DNA of 64,000 nucleotides from positions 20,698-84,697 of the IMG/VR virus record IMGVR_UViG_3300025913_000026, one strand, 5' to 3'. A program made the position numbers and the translations under genes. The first letter of the stretch is position 1. Each line of letters begins with the position of its first letter. This stretch comes from a virus. Below are positions 1 to 10,155 of the stretch, in pieces. A model generated the notes under the pieces. The model searched no databases and had not been told where the DNA came from. It was given only the letters and a program-made list of their open reading frames with translations.

Positions 1-493
1 ATAATCCCACGCTAGTTACAGTCCCTGAACCACCACCGCCACCCCCAGACGATCTACCTAATATTTGAAATGTTTGTTGCGTTCCATTATTAATTGTAAA
101 TCCAACTGTTGAATCATTTACACGATATACAGTATCTACCCATCTTTTGCCAACTCCCCACCACTTGCCAGTAGTATCTGTTATATTTAACTTTGTATTT
201 ATTCTATTGCTTAGTGAAATAGTATCCCGATCTAATAATGATCTAAACCATAAGTTTCCGCCTGCGCCAAAATAAAACGCCGTATCACCTCCTCCTATTT
301 TTACTAATTGAGTTCCAGGATAGCGAGCATTAAATAAGGATGTCCCCACAAAATTCACCAAAGGGCTATCTAATATCATCCATTGTGCTTCAGTATTCCC
401 GGTAAATATTCGCGATCTAAATGTATTAGCTGGCAACTGCGCTATAACGTTGTAGCTAACAAACAATAAAATAATTGACAATAATTTTTTCAT
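1..493 (-). CDS. Tail fibre-like protein, 5' part (runs off window); N-terminal Sec-type signal peptide
   Basis: Manual translation from ATG at 493: MKKLLSIILLFVSYNVIAQLPANTF...SSGGGGGGSGTVTSVGL, open to base 1; GTVTSV is a typical fibre repeat; distal to tail genes. Not in the ORF track. Confidence 0.7.
   Translation of the reverse strand, partial: MKKLLSIILLFVSYNVIAQLPANTFRSRIFTGNTEAQWMILDSPLVNFVGTSLFNARYPGTQLVKIGGGDTAFYFGAGGNLWFRSLLDRDTISLSNRINTKLNITDTTGKWWGVGKRWVDTVYRVNDSTVGFTINNGTQQTFQILGRSSGGGGGGSGTVTSVGL
441..456. promoter_or_regulatory. Palindromic operator copy 1 (GCTATAACGTTGTAGC)
   Basis: Matches three intergenic copies at 21272, 25136 and 31996; this copy lies in the first codons of the fibre gene. 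Confidence 0.5.
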
Positions 494-494
494 A

Positions 495-1067
495 CTATAC
501 GTTAATAAGTTGTACAAAATGGATCATATAAAGTTGCCCATTTGATACCCCTTGATTAAAATCTATAACTATATTACTGGGATTATATGTTGCGGTAAAT
601 GCAACCCTATCACTACGACCATATGGGACTTCTACTCCATCTAAATCTACATTAATAGAGGGATTTACTACTCCTGAATAATTCAGAGTAAGCTGCGTAT
701 CCCCGGCATTCATTAATGACCCGGATTCTCCAATAACGAATTGGATAAAAGGTGTTGCTATTGTCACGTTTTGCCCAGTTGAAGGATTAACAATATTTCC
801 TGTTGCCCCACTTTCAATTATTCGTCTTGCATCCCGTACATATGGATCACACAGCGAATACATATAATTTGCCATTTGTGGCAAATTTAGATTGGCGGAA
901 TCAAGGTTATTCTGCCAATTAATTACTTTTCTGGTTATAAACAATAAGGTAGACTGCTGAAATCTACTATTATCATTTTTAAATAATAATTTCTCATTAT
1001 TCCCATCTGCTGCTAAATACATACAGACTCGTGCGTAATTTAAATATGTTGCAACTTGAACTGCCAT
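495..1067 (-). CDS. Putative virion/tail protein
   Basis: 190 aa, tightly packed in structural operon, beta-rich C-terminus. Confidence 0.6.
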   Translation of the reverse strand: MAVQVATYLNYARVCMYLAADGNNEKLLFKNDNSRFQQSTLLFITRKVINWQNNLDSANLNLPQMANYMYSLCDPYVRDARRIIESGATGNIVNPSTGQNVTIATPFIQFVIGESGSLMNAGDTQLTLNYSGVVNPSINVDLDGVEVPYGRSDRVAFTATYNPSNIVIDFNQGVSNGQLYMIHFVQLINV

Positions 1068-1598
1068 TTAAAAAAAGAAGGATGAGTTATTTTTCAAATA
1101 AAGACCTCTATTTATAGCCGCCTGTGCTGAAAATTGCTGACCATCATTAGTCGATTGTTCTGCACAACTAATATCAACTATTAATTGAAGCATACTATTA
1201 TACCAGTTTGCATCTCTTAATATGTTTGGATTGTCAGATAAAGTACTTATTTGACCAGACAGAAATGTATATAAATAATTCAAAAACGTTTCAACTGACT
1301 GGGCCGAATAAACCGACCCTGGTTGAGGATTATTACTTAACCACACCACATTTACTAATAATGAATAATCTGTATTTAATACTCCGTTAATAGTAATAGA
1401 TGTTCCCGCAGAAAATGGGAAATCAATATATGATGTGATAGTTCCCGTAGGTACAAGGGTATTCCCATCAACTAAATAAACATAAATTCTTCGGCCAGAA
1501 AACGTCCCTTGATTTTCGCTAGAATAACTAGAAGTATCATTGACAATAAAACTAGTTATATCAGATGTTTGCGTTATTGAAAATTGACCAGTAAACAT
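1068..1598 (-). CDS. Putative virion/tail protein
   Basis: 176 aa, S/T/N-rich, structural operon. Confidence 0.6.
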   Translation of the reverse strand: MFTGQFSITQTSDITSFIVNDTSSYSSENQGTFSGRRIYVYLVDGNTLVPTGTITSYIDFPFSAGTSITINGVLNTDYSLLVNVVWLSNNPQPGSVYSAQSVETFLNYLYTFLSGQISTLSDNPNILRDANWYNSMLQLIVDISCAEQSTNDGQQFSAQAAINRGLYLKNNSSFFF

Positions 1599-2275
1599 TA
1601 GTTTTTATATTTAAATATGAATCCTTTTGTTTGTTTTTGGTCGCCACATAATACCGAATAAATATATCTTTTATCAATACTCATTTCACTAGCCGCTTCA
1701 TGAACGGAAACATATTCTTTTATTATATTTAAATTCAAATCATACATTGTGACTGGTCTTCTCATTTTATTCCTAGCCTCTCTTCTTGCCATAATTGCTT
1801 TTGGGGTAGATTTAATCCCCAATGTATATTTTTTACCAGTATTTGCTTTCTTTATACTTTGAATATGCTCTTCAGATAGCTTTCTCCCCTTTCCTGCATT
1901 AGATATTTTAATTCTCGCCTCTGCTGTTATTGTCATCCCCTTACTACCTATCCCCCCATCAGTTAGATTCAGTCCATTCTTTTCTGGCCATTTATTATAA
2001 TTACACATATTTGTCCTAATCCAAAATATTTCCTTCCCCTCTGCATATAAATGTGTGTCCTCAAATTCCTCAATTACTTCTATTGAATGGTTGTTAAACC
2101 CATATGTAACCAAAGAATTATATAGTAATCTCTGCTTCTTTACAGAACTATTTAATGTTTTATATGCTTTAAATCGGCGCTGAAAATAAGCGGTACAACC
2201 TACATATACTTGGCCTATGGGATTGGTAATTTTATAGATAGTCCATTCTTTCATTTCAGAAGAAGGCAAACTCAT
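1598..2275 (-). CDS. GIY-YIG homing endonuclease with NUMOD3/NUMOD1-type DNA-binding motifs
   Basis: IYKITNP..VYVG motif, LNLTDGG, KISNAGKGRKLSEEH, C-terminal YVSVHEAA..GFIFKY. Confidence 0.85.
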   Translation of the reverse strand: MSLPSSEMKEWTIYKITNPIGQVYVGCTAYFQRRFKAYKTLNSSVKKQRLLYNSLVTYGFNNHSIEVIEEFEDTHLYAEGKEIFWIRTNMCNYNKWPEKNGLNLTDGGIGSKGMTITAEARIKISNAGKGRKLSEEHIQSIKKANTGKKYTLGIKSTPKAIMARREARNKMRRPVTMYDLNLNIIKEYVSVHEAASEMSIDKRYIYSVLCGDQKQTKGFIFKYKN

Positions 2276-2307
2276 ACAAATCAGGTATTTATTTAATAAA
2301 AATACAT

Positions 2308-3018
2308 TTATTTTTTAACTTTTACCATCACTTTTGGAGCACTTGATGGGGATGTTTGCCCATAAGCTGGGACAGTATTTATCAATTCAGTAATTCTTGG
2401 ATTTTTACTAATCACCTCATCACGTAATTGCTTAACAATTTTCCCATAAGCTGGATTTTTCTTTAAATTTAATGGGTTGGCATGGGTAACTGGTATCCCA
2501 TAATAGCTTTCATTTACATGCGGCCCTGCTGTTTGACGAGGGGTAAGAATCCCAAGACCATTATATGTCTGAATATCATATTCTTCCCCATGAGGAAGAA
2601 CCCCCTTTTTTCTTAATTCTTGTGCATATGCTAATTTCTCCTTAAGGGCTTTCGCTAAAATGTTAGCATTTTTATCACGCTCTGTGGGCAATCCTTGATC
2701 TTCAAATGTCCCCCAAGCTGATCCATAATTAGGGTCTAATTGCCCCATATTAGTCTCTTGTAATGCAATCGCTAAGGCAGTGTGTGGACTTACCCCTTGG
2801 GCCTTTGCATGTGCAATGATGGCTTTTGCATCTTCTTCATTTATTTTTATTCCTTTCCCTCCTATATTTTTAAAAGGAGTACCTGTTGCCGGATTAATTT
2901 GTCTCTTATCCTCTAATTGGATCAATCGCGTGGCATCTGTCGGCTTATACAAGGTAATAGGATCGTCCGGGCCTGTTTCGGACATAGAATTTAAATTCTG
3001 AACTCTTACTTTAGCCAT
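2308..3018 (-). CDS. Lysozyme/SLT-like muralytic protein, probably virion-associated
   Basis: AKAQGVSPHTALAIALQET (catalytic Glu-like) and later TYNG motif. Confidence 0.55.
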   Translation of the reverse strand: MAKVRVQNLNSMSETGPDDPITLYKPTDATRLIQLEDKRQINPATGTPFKNIGGKGIKINEEDAKAIIAHAKAQGVSPHTALAIALQETNMGQLDPNYGSAWGTFEDQGLPTERDKNANILAKALKEKLAYAQELRKKGVLPHGEEYDIQTYNGLGILTPRQTAGPHVNESYYGIPVTHANPLNLKKNPAYGKIVKQLRDEVISKNPRITELINTVPAYGQTSPSSAPKVMVKVKK

Positions 3019-3019
3019 A

Positions 3020-3478
3020 TTAATTATTTTTTACTTTTATGCGTATTGGATAGATAACTCTACCTGTTTTCTCTAATTTAACATTAGGGACATTATATGG
3101 AATACCTTGTGGATTAATCGCATTATTAACGCCTGTCCCTATTTTATACCCATTATTGGCAAACCAAGTTCCTTCTTGGACTGGCAGTTGTATTCCCGTA
3201 TTCGTTTCTCTGGCATAATCTTCTGCATTATCCCCTAAGTATTTTAACTGCCCATTTATTCTAACAATTTCTGGGAAAACATATCCCTTCCCGTCATCCC
3301 CCATAAAATGGGTCGATCTTTCTGGTTCCCCTTGAATCTGAATAGAGGGCGCATTTTTTTCATACAGCCTTTGCACCCAATCTAAATGTTTATTTGCATT
3401 TAAAACACTATCTACATAAGCTGTTTTGTTGGATAAAAACAAAGGATGCGGCTTAGGTTGTATTTTAACTTTAGCCAT
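3020..3478 (-). CDS. Hypothetical phage protein with basic terminal tags
   Basis: 152 aa ORF in operon; MAKVKIQ...IRIKVKNN. Confidence 0.7.
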   Translation of the reverse strand: MAKVKIQPKPHPLFLSNKTAYVDSVLNANKHLDWVQRLYEKNAPSIQIQGEPERSTHFMGDDGKGYVFPEIVRINGQLKYLGDNAEDYARETNTGIQLPVQEGTWFANNGYKIGTGVNNAINPQGIPYNVPNVKLEKTGRVIYPIRIKVKNN

Positions 3479-3483
3479 ATAAT

Positions 3484-6400
3484 TTAATGTTTAGTTGTTT
3501 TTGTTTGTTTGCCCAATTTAGTTGTTTTACTGAATTTACCGGTTGCACCTGCCCCTCCTCCACTTCCCCCTGACTTGGGTGTATATGTTTGCGCACCGAT
3601 CCCCAAGAATGATAAAACTCCAGCAACAGCCGCGCCATCTGCTCCTGAATCTTTTCTGGCATCATTAATATCATTCCACAGCATGGGTACTGTTAATTTC
3701 CATGCATCTTTTAATTTAACTTCTTCCCCAACTATATTTTTACCCAAAGTCACATCAACACCAAATCCAACCAATGGTGACAACTTGCTTCGTACTAAAT
3801 TTGCGCCTACTACTTCTTGATTTTTAGTATCAAGTTTCTGCATTCCTCCATTAGTTTTTCGTGTAGCTGTCAAGATTTGTGCAAATGCCCTGATGTATTG
3901 AGCACCACCACCCCAAATATCATATCTGCTGTTTCCTACTTTCAATTTACCAAAATCACTACTTCTTGGGTCGGATTCCACTTCGGCTCCCAGTCTATGC
4001 GCCATTGCCAAAAACGCGACTCCAGTAATCGTATATTGAGCCATATTTTTTAAAGCCATTATTCTTGCTGTTTTTGGCAATTTGTAATAGTAGTAAGGAT
4101 TCAATAAATTAATATTGGATGCTATAAGTCTTGGTGACCAGAAAGGGATGGCTAGTTGCCCGGCAACCGGCTCAAACGCACCTAATCCACCCCTGCCGGT
4201 CATGTTATTTACCGCGCTTGCCCATCCTTTATATTCATCTGCTGCATTTTCAAATGTTTTTCCTTGTTTTCTTAAAATATCAACCCCTTCCATAAACCAA
4301 TCCACCCTAGCCATGTTCGCAGCCGATGTAAATGCCCTTTCACTTGCCTTTGCAACTTGTCCAGCTACTGGTATTTTATGAATCAATTGTGAACGCCATT
4401 GTTCTTCTCGCATTGATGCATGAAGTGTATTAGGATCTAACACAGCCAATCCTGAATCCTCAATAAGTTTCCATGCAGGTGAATTATGAAGGTCGTATAA
4501 CCAACGATCATATCTAGCTTGTGAAAATGCTTGTTTGGCACTTTCCCAGAATAATTTAGCGCCTTTAATCGGATGAGTAACCATGAACTTTATTCCTTGC
4601 CTTCCAAAGAATGACATATCAGGATTTGTTTGTAAAGTTCTAACAACATCCAGCGATTCCGATGCTAAATCTTTTGCCTTTTGTAATTTGCTACGATTCT
4701 CATATTCTTGTTTAGCCAAACGAGCTTCCCGATCCAATTTTAATTTTATCATTTTATCTTTCAACTCAATAGCTTCCTGATCTAATTTAATTGGTTCTGG
4801 TTTTTCATCTGGGCCATAATCTCCTTTTGCTATTTTATTTTCCAGGTCGGCTATTTGAGATTTATAGCGCCCCTTTAATGCTTCTAATCTTTTTTCATCC
4901 GAAATCCCCATCTCATCTTCTAATCCCTTTATTTGTTTCTTCAATTCTTCTATCCTTTGATTCCTTGCTCTTACCTTTTTAGGATTAGAAGGAACTTGCC
5001 CATTAAGCAATTGATCTAATTCATTCATCAATTTTGCTTCTCTACGCAAATCATATAACTGTTGTGTTATTTGATTTCTGGTTTGTTTTTTATTATATTC
5101 TCCAGCTATTATATCATGAACATCGTTCTCTGTTATTTTGGGTATAATATCTTTTACCTGATTATGAACTGCTTTTATTACATCTGGCAATTTAGTAACT
5201 CCTTCTTCTACTAAGTTTTTAACCAGTTTCATTACATCAGGAGATATAGCGGCTAATTCTTTTGCATAAGGAAGTATAGATGCTCCTAAGTTCTCCTTAG
5301 AAGATTTCTTCCATTTTTCTACAATATTTTTTAATATCTCTTGACGTTCAGATTTATAATCTTTCCCAATTTGTTTCTTGGCTTCTTTTGCTTTTTGTTC
5401 TACTATTTTTTGCGCCTTTTCTTGATTACTTTTTTCTTTTTGTTCTGCTAATTTCTTTTCATATGCTTCTTTAGCGGCCTTTATTTCCTCATATTCTTTT
5501 TTAGATACCCTTATCTGTTCATCTGTTAATTGGGCCTTATTAGATTCCCTGTCTCTCATTAAAAAGTCTCCCAAAGTTTCCTCAACAGGAACAGAGCCTT
5601 TACGAGCTACTAAAGCCTTACCTTGAATCCTACCCGCCACATTAAACAAATCCTTTGTTCTTATTAATTGATCTTGTAATTGTCTGTTATATGGGTCTTT
5701 ATCTATTTTGGCTAATAAATCACCCATGTATTGTAGCATCATTCTAGTTTCAACATGATCTGGAGTAATTCCATTTCTTAGCTTTGTAAATAATTCATCT
5801 AATGCGCCTGGTTTTTGTAATTGTTTTGTCGCCTGTTCATCCCATTCGGCTACTTTCTCAGGAGATTTTTCATAGGTTGGCAATCCAAACTCTTCGGCCA
5901 TTGCATCCATTTGCCTATGAGTTATCCCTGCCATTGGCGGTTCACCTACTTTTTCTTCACTCGAACCTTGACCCGTTTCTTCTCTCCTTCCGGCTTGTTG
6001 CTCAGTTTCTCCGCGCTCGGATGTGTTTGGCGGTACTTGTTGTATGTCATTGCTGCCAGTGTCTTGGCTTCCTCCTCCGATTTCCCCGCCTTTAGGTATG
6101 AGTCCCTGATTTCCTCGTACATCTTTGGCATGTGTTAATTCTTTATTGTTTAAAAATATATTTGTTGTTTCATCAGTCCATTTACCATCTGTTTGCTTTA
6201 ACGCTTCTAATGCTCTCATTACTTTTGAATGGGTAACAACATGGGTATCTTCAGGTAATGATTTTATGTATTCATTAGCTTGTTCCATTCGTTTAGTGAA
6301 GTCATTGAAACTTTCACCACCAGGAACTAATTCATTATGCTTTTGCGCCCATTCTGATTCATTAAATGATCCTTCTGGCTTTCCATCAAATTCTCCAATA

Positions 6401-8730
6401 TCCCATGTATTTAATATTGGAGTTGATTCAACTGGTATTTCTTTGCCAGATATACTTTTAGCTTCCACCGCAGCTTCATTAGCAGTTTGTTTCGCTCTCT
6501 CTACTTCGCTGGTTACAATTTTATTCTTGTTATTATCGACTATGTATTTCCCTAATTCTTTAGCCTCACGAATACCTTGTTCAGATAATTTTGATGGCTC
6601 AATCCCATTTTCTTGCCTAGCAGCTGTTTTTGTATCCTCCCCATGTTCAGATACTACTATATGGCCAATTTGTTCTGATGGCACCTTCCCGGCCCCAGTT
6701 TCAGATGACTCAATTTCTTTTGGGTATAATTCTTTAGCTTTATTTACTATTTCTTCTCCAAATGCATCTATAGTTGCCTGAGCGGTAGCTGGATCATGAG
6801 CCTGTTCTGCTATGTCTTTCATATGAGTCCCCAACTCTTTTTCTGTTGCATTTTTTAATACATCAACAGCAAATCCTTTTATTCTACCATCTTTTATTTC
6901 TTTATCTATTAATTTTTGCAATTCTCCACGATCATTCCCCTTTGAAATATTTACAATTTCTTCATTTAAAATTTTAATACGTTCTTTTAATTCAGGATGA
7001 AAGGCCGGATCAACTTTTTCAAGTTGTCCTTCCAATATATCACGCTCTTTTATCTTCGCTTGAATTTTCAATCTTTCTGTTTCAGGAACACTTTCGGGAA
7101 TTGAAGCATTTATTTCTTTTTGTTGCCTAATAGCATTTTGTGCTGACCGTAATTCTTCAGGCGAAATGACTCCTACATCTTGAAGATGATTAAATTCCTG
7201 ATTCAATACTTCTTCTGGCATTTTAGATAATCCATGAAGTATTTTATTATAGGTTGATGGCTTCAATAAATTAGCAAACTTACCTACCATCGCGCTTCCA
7301 ACAGTTAAAATGAATCCCATTTTAGATTGATCCGCAACACCCTCATCTGTAGATACTGATATTCCTTGTTGTTGAGCTAATATATTTTTAATAGCTTGCC
7401 CACCTCCTGCGACGCCTCCTATAGCTATTCCTTCTAACCCTTTCTCAACACCAGCTTTGCCTAATTGCTTCAATGCACTAGCTACTGATTTAGTAAGAAG
7501 TGTATTAGTTCCGGCAGCAGCACCTGATAAATTTTTTATACCTACAAATCCCATTACTGCTCCAGTAATCGCATCAGTGGCTGCTTGATGTGCCGATAAT
7601 TCTTTTGCCTTTTTATATGCATCATAATCAGGCATATCTGGATGTTCTTTTTTTATGGATGCATAATTCTGTGGCAACGCTCCGGCATATCCTAATTTAT
7701 ACATTTCGTGGGATGTAATACCTCCCGCGGCAGCTGCTCCTCCTAATGGTGTTGTAAAATAACTTGCAACAGCTCCTCCCACTAAAGGCTTTATTGGCGT
7801 TCCTCCTAAAATAGAACCAGCTTCACCTAATGCACCATCAGGCACTTTTGTAGCTTCATCAGGATCATAATCCTTCATTTTGCTATTAAGTTCTTTTATG
7901 ATAGCTGCTTCATTCTCTGTTTTAGTATAAAATTCATAATCTTTAAAAAGTTGATTCTTCTGTTTGAATCCTGTAGCTAAACTTCCAAAAAATCCTTGTG
8001 GCTGTGTAAGGACACCTCTTTTTATATCATAATCAAAATCACCACTTTTAAGTTTAGCTACATTCTTTAAAACTTTATCTTCTTTATCAGATCGTTCTTG
8101 TGCATCTAATCTATATATATCTGCCTTAATTTGACTAGCTCTTGCTGGATCTGTATTTAATAAATCTTTTACTTTTTGTTGTAATGCTTCCCGGGCCATT
8201 GCCGGATTCGTAGCCATTTCATTTTTGTAACGCTCTATTTCATGTGGTTGCACATCTATAGGCTTCTCAAATTGCTTGTCTAATTGTTGAGCTTGAAAAT
8301 TTACCGGCCCTTCTTCTTTAGGATTAAATCCCAATTGCACATTTTTAATTTTCCCCTCCATATCCTTTTTACGATCATAGATAAGATTGCCTATATGTGG
8401 GTCTATATCTCCTAATTCATTTGATACTCGTGTAGCAGCTTGTCCAATACTTTTAGTGCGCTCGTCTATAGGAATAGCATTAGCTTCAACCATTGGCTGA
8501 TATCCTTCTTTTGGAATATCTAACCAATTGGTCATCGGCTTAAATTCTGGGGCCGACTGTTGTGGCTGTGATTGCTTCTGAATGGGTTGATAATTTATCC
8601 TCTCTTTATACTCTGGATATTTTTGAACCATTCTATCAACCAATTCGCTATCATTAACATCCTTATATTGAGGATATTTCTGCTTTATTCTTTGCGCAAA
8701 TTGCTCTATGGATAATTTATCTACTGGCAT
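3484..8730 (-). CDS. Giant internal virion/ejection (polyvalent) protein with embedded histidine-phosphatase-like domain
   Basis: 1748 aa; N-terminal KYPQY..DSEL motif typical of DNA-transfer proteins, Gly/Ala hydrophobic segments, coiled coils, PGAM-like segment. Confidence 0.75.
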   Translation of the reverse strand: MPVDKLSIEQFAQRIKQKYPQYKDVNDSELVDRMVQKYPEYKERINYQPIQKQSQPQQSAPEFKPMTNWLDIPKEGYQPMVEANAIPIDERTKSIGQAATRVSNELGDIDPHIGNLIYDRKKDMEGKIKNVQLGFNPKEEGPVNFQAQQLDKQFEKPIDVQPHEIERYKNEMATNPAMAREALQQKVKDLLNTDPARASQIKADIYRLDAQERSDKEDKVLKNVAKLKSGDFDYDIKRGVLTQPQGFFGSLATGFKQKNQLFKDYEFYTKTENEAAIIKELNSKMKDYDPDEATKVPDGALGEAGSILGGTPIKPLVGGAVASYFTTPLGGAAAAGGITSHEMYKLGYAGALPQNYASIKKEHPDMPDYDAYKKAKELSAHQAATDAITGAVMGFVGIKNLSGAAAGTNTLLTKSVASALKQLGKAGVEKGLEGIAIGGVAGGGQAIKNILAQQQGISVSTDEGVADQSKMGFILTVGSAMVGKFANLLKPSTYNKILHGLSKMPEEVLNQEFNHLQDVGVISPEELRSAQNAIRQQKEINASIPESVPETERLKIQAKIKERDILEGQLEKVDPAFHPELKERIKILNEEIVNISKGNDRGELQKLIDKEIKDGRIKGFAVDVLKNATEKELGTHMKDIAEQAHDPATAQATIDAFGEEIVNKAKELYPKEIESSETGAGKVPSEQIGHIVVSEHGEDTKTAARQENGIEPSKLSEQGIREAKELGKYIVDNNKNKIVTSEVERAKQTANEAAVEAKSISGKEIPVESTPILNTWDIGEFDGKPEGSFNESEWAQKHNELVPGGESFNDFTKRMEQANEYIKSLPEDTHVVTHSKVMRALEALKQTDGKWTDETTNIFLNNKELTHAKDVRGNQGLIPKGGEIGGGSQDTGSNDIQQVPPNTSERGETEQQAGRREETGQGSSEEKVGEPPMAGITHRQMDAMAEEFGLPTYEKSPEKVAEWDEQATKQLQKPGALDELFTKLRNGITPDHVETRMMLQYMGDLLAKIDKDPYNRQLQDQLIRTKDLFNVAGRIQGKALVARKGSVPVEETLGDFLMRDRESNKAQLTDEQIRVSKKEYEEIKAAKEAYEKKLAEQKEKSNQEKAQKIVEQKAKEAKKQIGKDYKSERQEILKNIVEKWKKSSKENLGASILPYAKELAAISPDVMKLVKNLVEEGVTKLPDVIKAVHNQVKDIIPKITENDVHDIIAGEYNKKQTRNQITQQLYDLRREAKLMNELDQLLNGQVPSNPKKVRARNQRIEELKKQIKGLEDEMGISDEKRLEALKGRYKSQIADLENKIAKGDYGPDEKPEPIKLDQEAIELKDKMIKLKLDREARLAKQEYENRSKLQKAKDLASESLDVVRTLQTNPDMSFFGRQGIKFMVTHPIKGAKLFWESAKQAFSQARYDRWLYDLHNSPAWKLIEDSGLAVLDPNTLHASMREEQWRSQLIHKIPVAGQVAKASERAFTSAANMARVDWFMEGVDILRKQGKTFENAADEYKGWASAVNNMTGRGGLGAFEPVAGQLAIPFWSPRLIASNINLLNPYYYYKLPKTARIMALKNMAQYTITGVAFLAMAHRLGAEVESDPRSSDFGKLKVGNSRYDIWGGGAQYIRAFAQILTATRKTNGGMQKLDTKNQEVVGANLVRSKLSPLVGFGVDVTLGKNIVGEEVKLKDAWKLTVPMLWNDINDARKDSGADGAAVAGVLSFLGIGAQTYTPKSGGSGGGAGATGKFSKTTKLGKQTKTTKH
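5946..6131 (-). CDS. Nested out-of-frame small basic protein
   Basis: MPKMYEEIRDSYLKAGKSEEEAKTLAAMTYNK...KKRVKVRVKKK; A-rich upstream sequence; main frame is a low-complexity linker here. Confidence 0.6.
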   Translation of the reverse strand: MPKMYEEIRDSYLKAGKSEEEAKTLAAMTYNKYRQTHPSAEKLSNKPEGEKKRVKVRVKKK

Positions 8731-10155
8731 TTAAAATAATCCTAATGGGTCTTGATGATTAGTTGATTCTTTTTTAGGGCGGCCTCCTGACATTGTTTTG
8801 CCTAATTCTTTTTTCGTTTGCCCTTTATACCCCAATGCTAATTTAGTTTGTTCTAGTGTCATTGGTTGGCTATAATCTTCATCAACTATGGGGTGTCCAT
8901 TTTCATTTTTTAAAACTACCGAAGTACCTTTTATTGGATTTTTATCCTTATCCTTTTCTGGGCCATATTTATAAAAAATAGGCCATATCCTACCCTCTTT
9001 TGTTACAAATATTTTATCAGGTTCACTTTTACCTCTGGTCAGAGCCTTACTTAATACAACATCTCCTTTAAGCTCATGAGCTAACGTTGTCGTATGTGGA
9101 GTATATATCTTCATTAAATTCCTGTCATCAGATTGAGCTTCTTGAACAGATTTTTCTAAATAATTGTCAATCCATGTATTGTTTAATTGGGTATCATTTG
9201 GATCAATTCTTTTTCTATAATCTATAAGTTCTTTTGCATTTTTTTGCCTCATTCCCATTAATGCTAACTCTCTGCCATATGTATCTTGCCCTTCCTTATA
9301 TTCCGTAGCCTTCATATTGTTATCTATGATAGATTTAACCGCCCACGCATCCCGTTCATTATCTATCGGCTTACCTAATATTTGTTGAGAAACTGCATCG
9401 TATTTTTTATGCATTAAAGGATCATTCATTACTTCAGAGAATGTTTTTACTGCTTCGCCTCTCCATCTCCTATCTGTATCATATGCATTAAATGCATGTT
9501 GAGCTATTACTTTTTGATTCTCTGGACTATATTGTTGATATATTGGTGTTCTTGTTTTATATCCAGGCAAATTCTCTACTTGGCCTGGAACTTTATCGAA
9601 TGGTACACCACCTGTTAAATACTTCTGAAGACCTTCTAAGTCTTTAGTTGTTATGGGTTGTGGTGGCATAGATAGCGTAGCTAAATTTATTCCTACTCTA
9701 TTAGGATTACCAATTGGTAAATCGTGTTTTTTAATTTGATCCATAAACGTCGGATCTTCAAAAACATATGACATTTGTGGATTTAATTTCATTTTACCTA
9801 TTTCATCCATCGATTTATGAGCATCTTTGCTTTCATTGATTAATGCTCGTTGTTCATTAAGAAGGCGCATGTAATCGGTATATGATTTACCGTTATCCAA
9901 CTTAGGATTTAAAATAGCAGCCTTATTTTGAGCATATGCATTACGCCATTCTTGTTGCTTTTGTAATAGCTGAGGTACATCTTGTGAACGCATTCCGGCA
10001 GATGTAATATCATTACCTAAATTCCTGAAATAATTATCTAAAGCATCTTCCTTGGCCTGCTTTTTTGCTGCTTGTCGTTCATAAAATGCTTCCCACGGTT
10101 GTTGGTTGAAAACAACTGCTCCAGCACTATAAGGGTTTGGTGAATATACAGCCAT
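8731..10155 (-). CDS. Putative ejection/internal virion protein
   Basis: 474 aa helical protein between pilot-like gene and giant protein. Confidence 0.6.
   Translation of the reverse strand: MAVYSPNPYSAGAVVFNQQPWEAFYERQAAKKQAKEDALDNYFRNLGNDITSAGMRSQDVPQLLQKQQEWRNAYAQNKAAILNPKLDNGKSYTDYMRLLNEQRALINESKDAHKSMDEIGKMKLNPQMSYVFEDPTFMDQIKKHDLPIGNPNRVGINLATLSMPPQPITTKDLEGLQKYLTGGVPFDKVPGQVENLPGYKTRTPIYQQYSPENQKVIAQHAFNAYDTDRRWRGEAVKTFSEVMNDPLMHKKYDAVSQQILGKPIDNERDAWAVKSIIDNNMKATEYKEGQDTYGRELALMGMRQKNAKELIDYRKRIDPNDTQLNNTWIDNYLEKSVQEAQSDDRNLMKIYTPHTTTLAHELKGDVVLSKALTRGKSEPDKIFVTKEGRIWPIFYKYGPEKDKDKNPIKGTSVVLKNENGHPIVDEDYSQPMTLEQTKLALGYKGQTKKELGKTMSGGRPKKESTNHQDPLGLF

Noticed and set aside
3471-3674. 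Second nested same-strand ORF at the end of the giant gene
   Set aside because: No recognisable motif or leader, and it overlaps a conserved hydrophobic part of the main frame
3509-6781. Several plus-strand ORFs of 60-218 aa opposite the giant gene
   Set aside because: Antisense shadows with S/F/L-rich composition and no motifs; the same applies to most plus-strand ORFs below 44 kb
3484-8730. Virion RNA polymerase as in Crassvirales
   Set aside because: No DxDxD polymerase motif recognised, so the phage is called crAss-related in morphogenesis only
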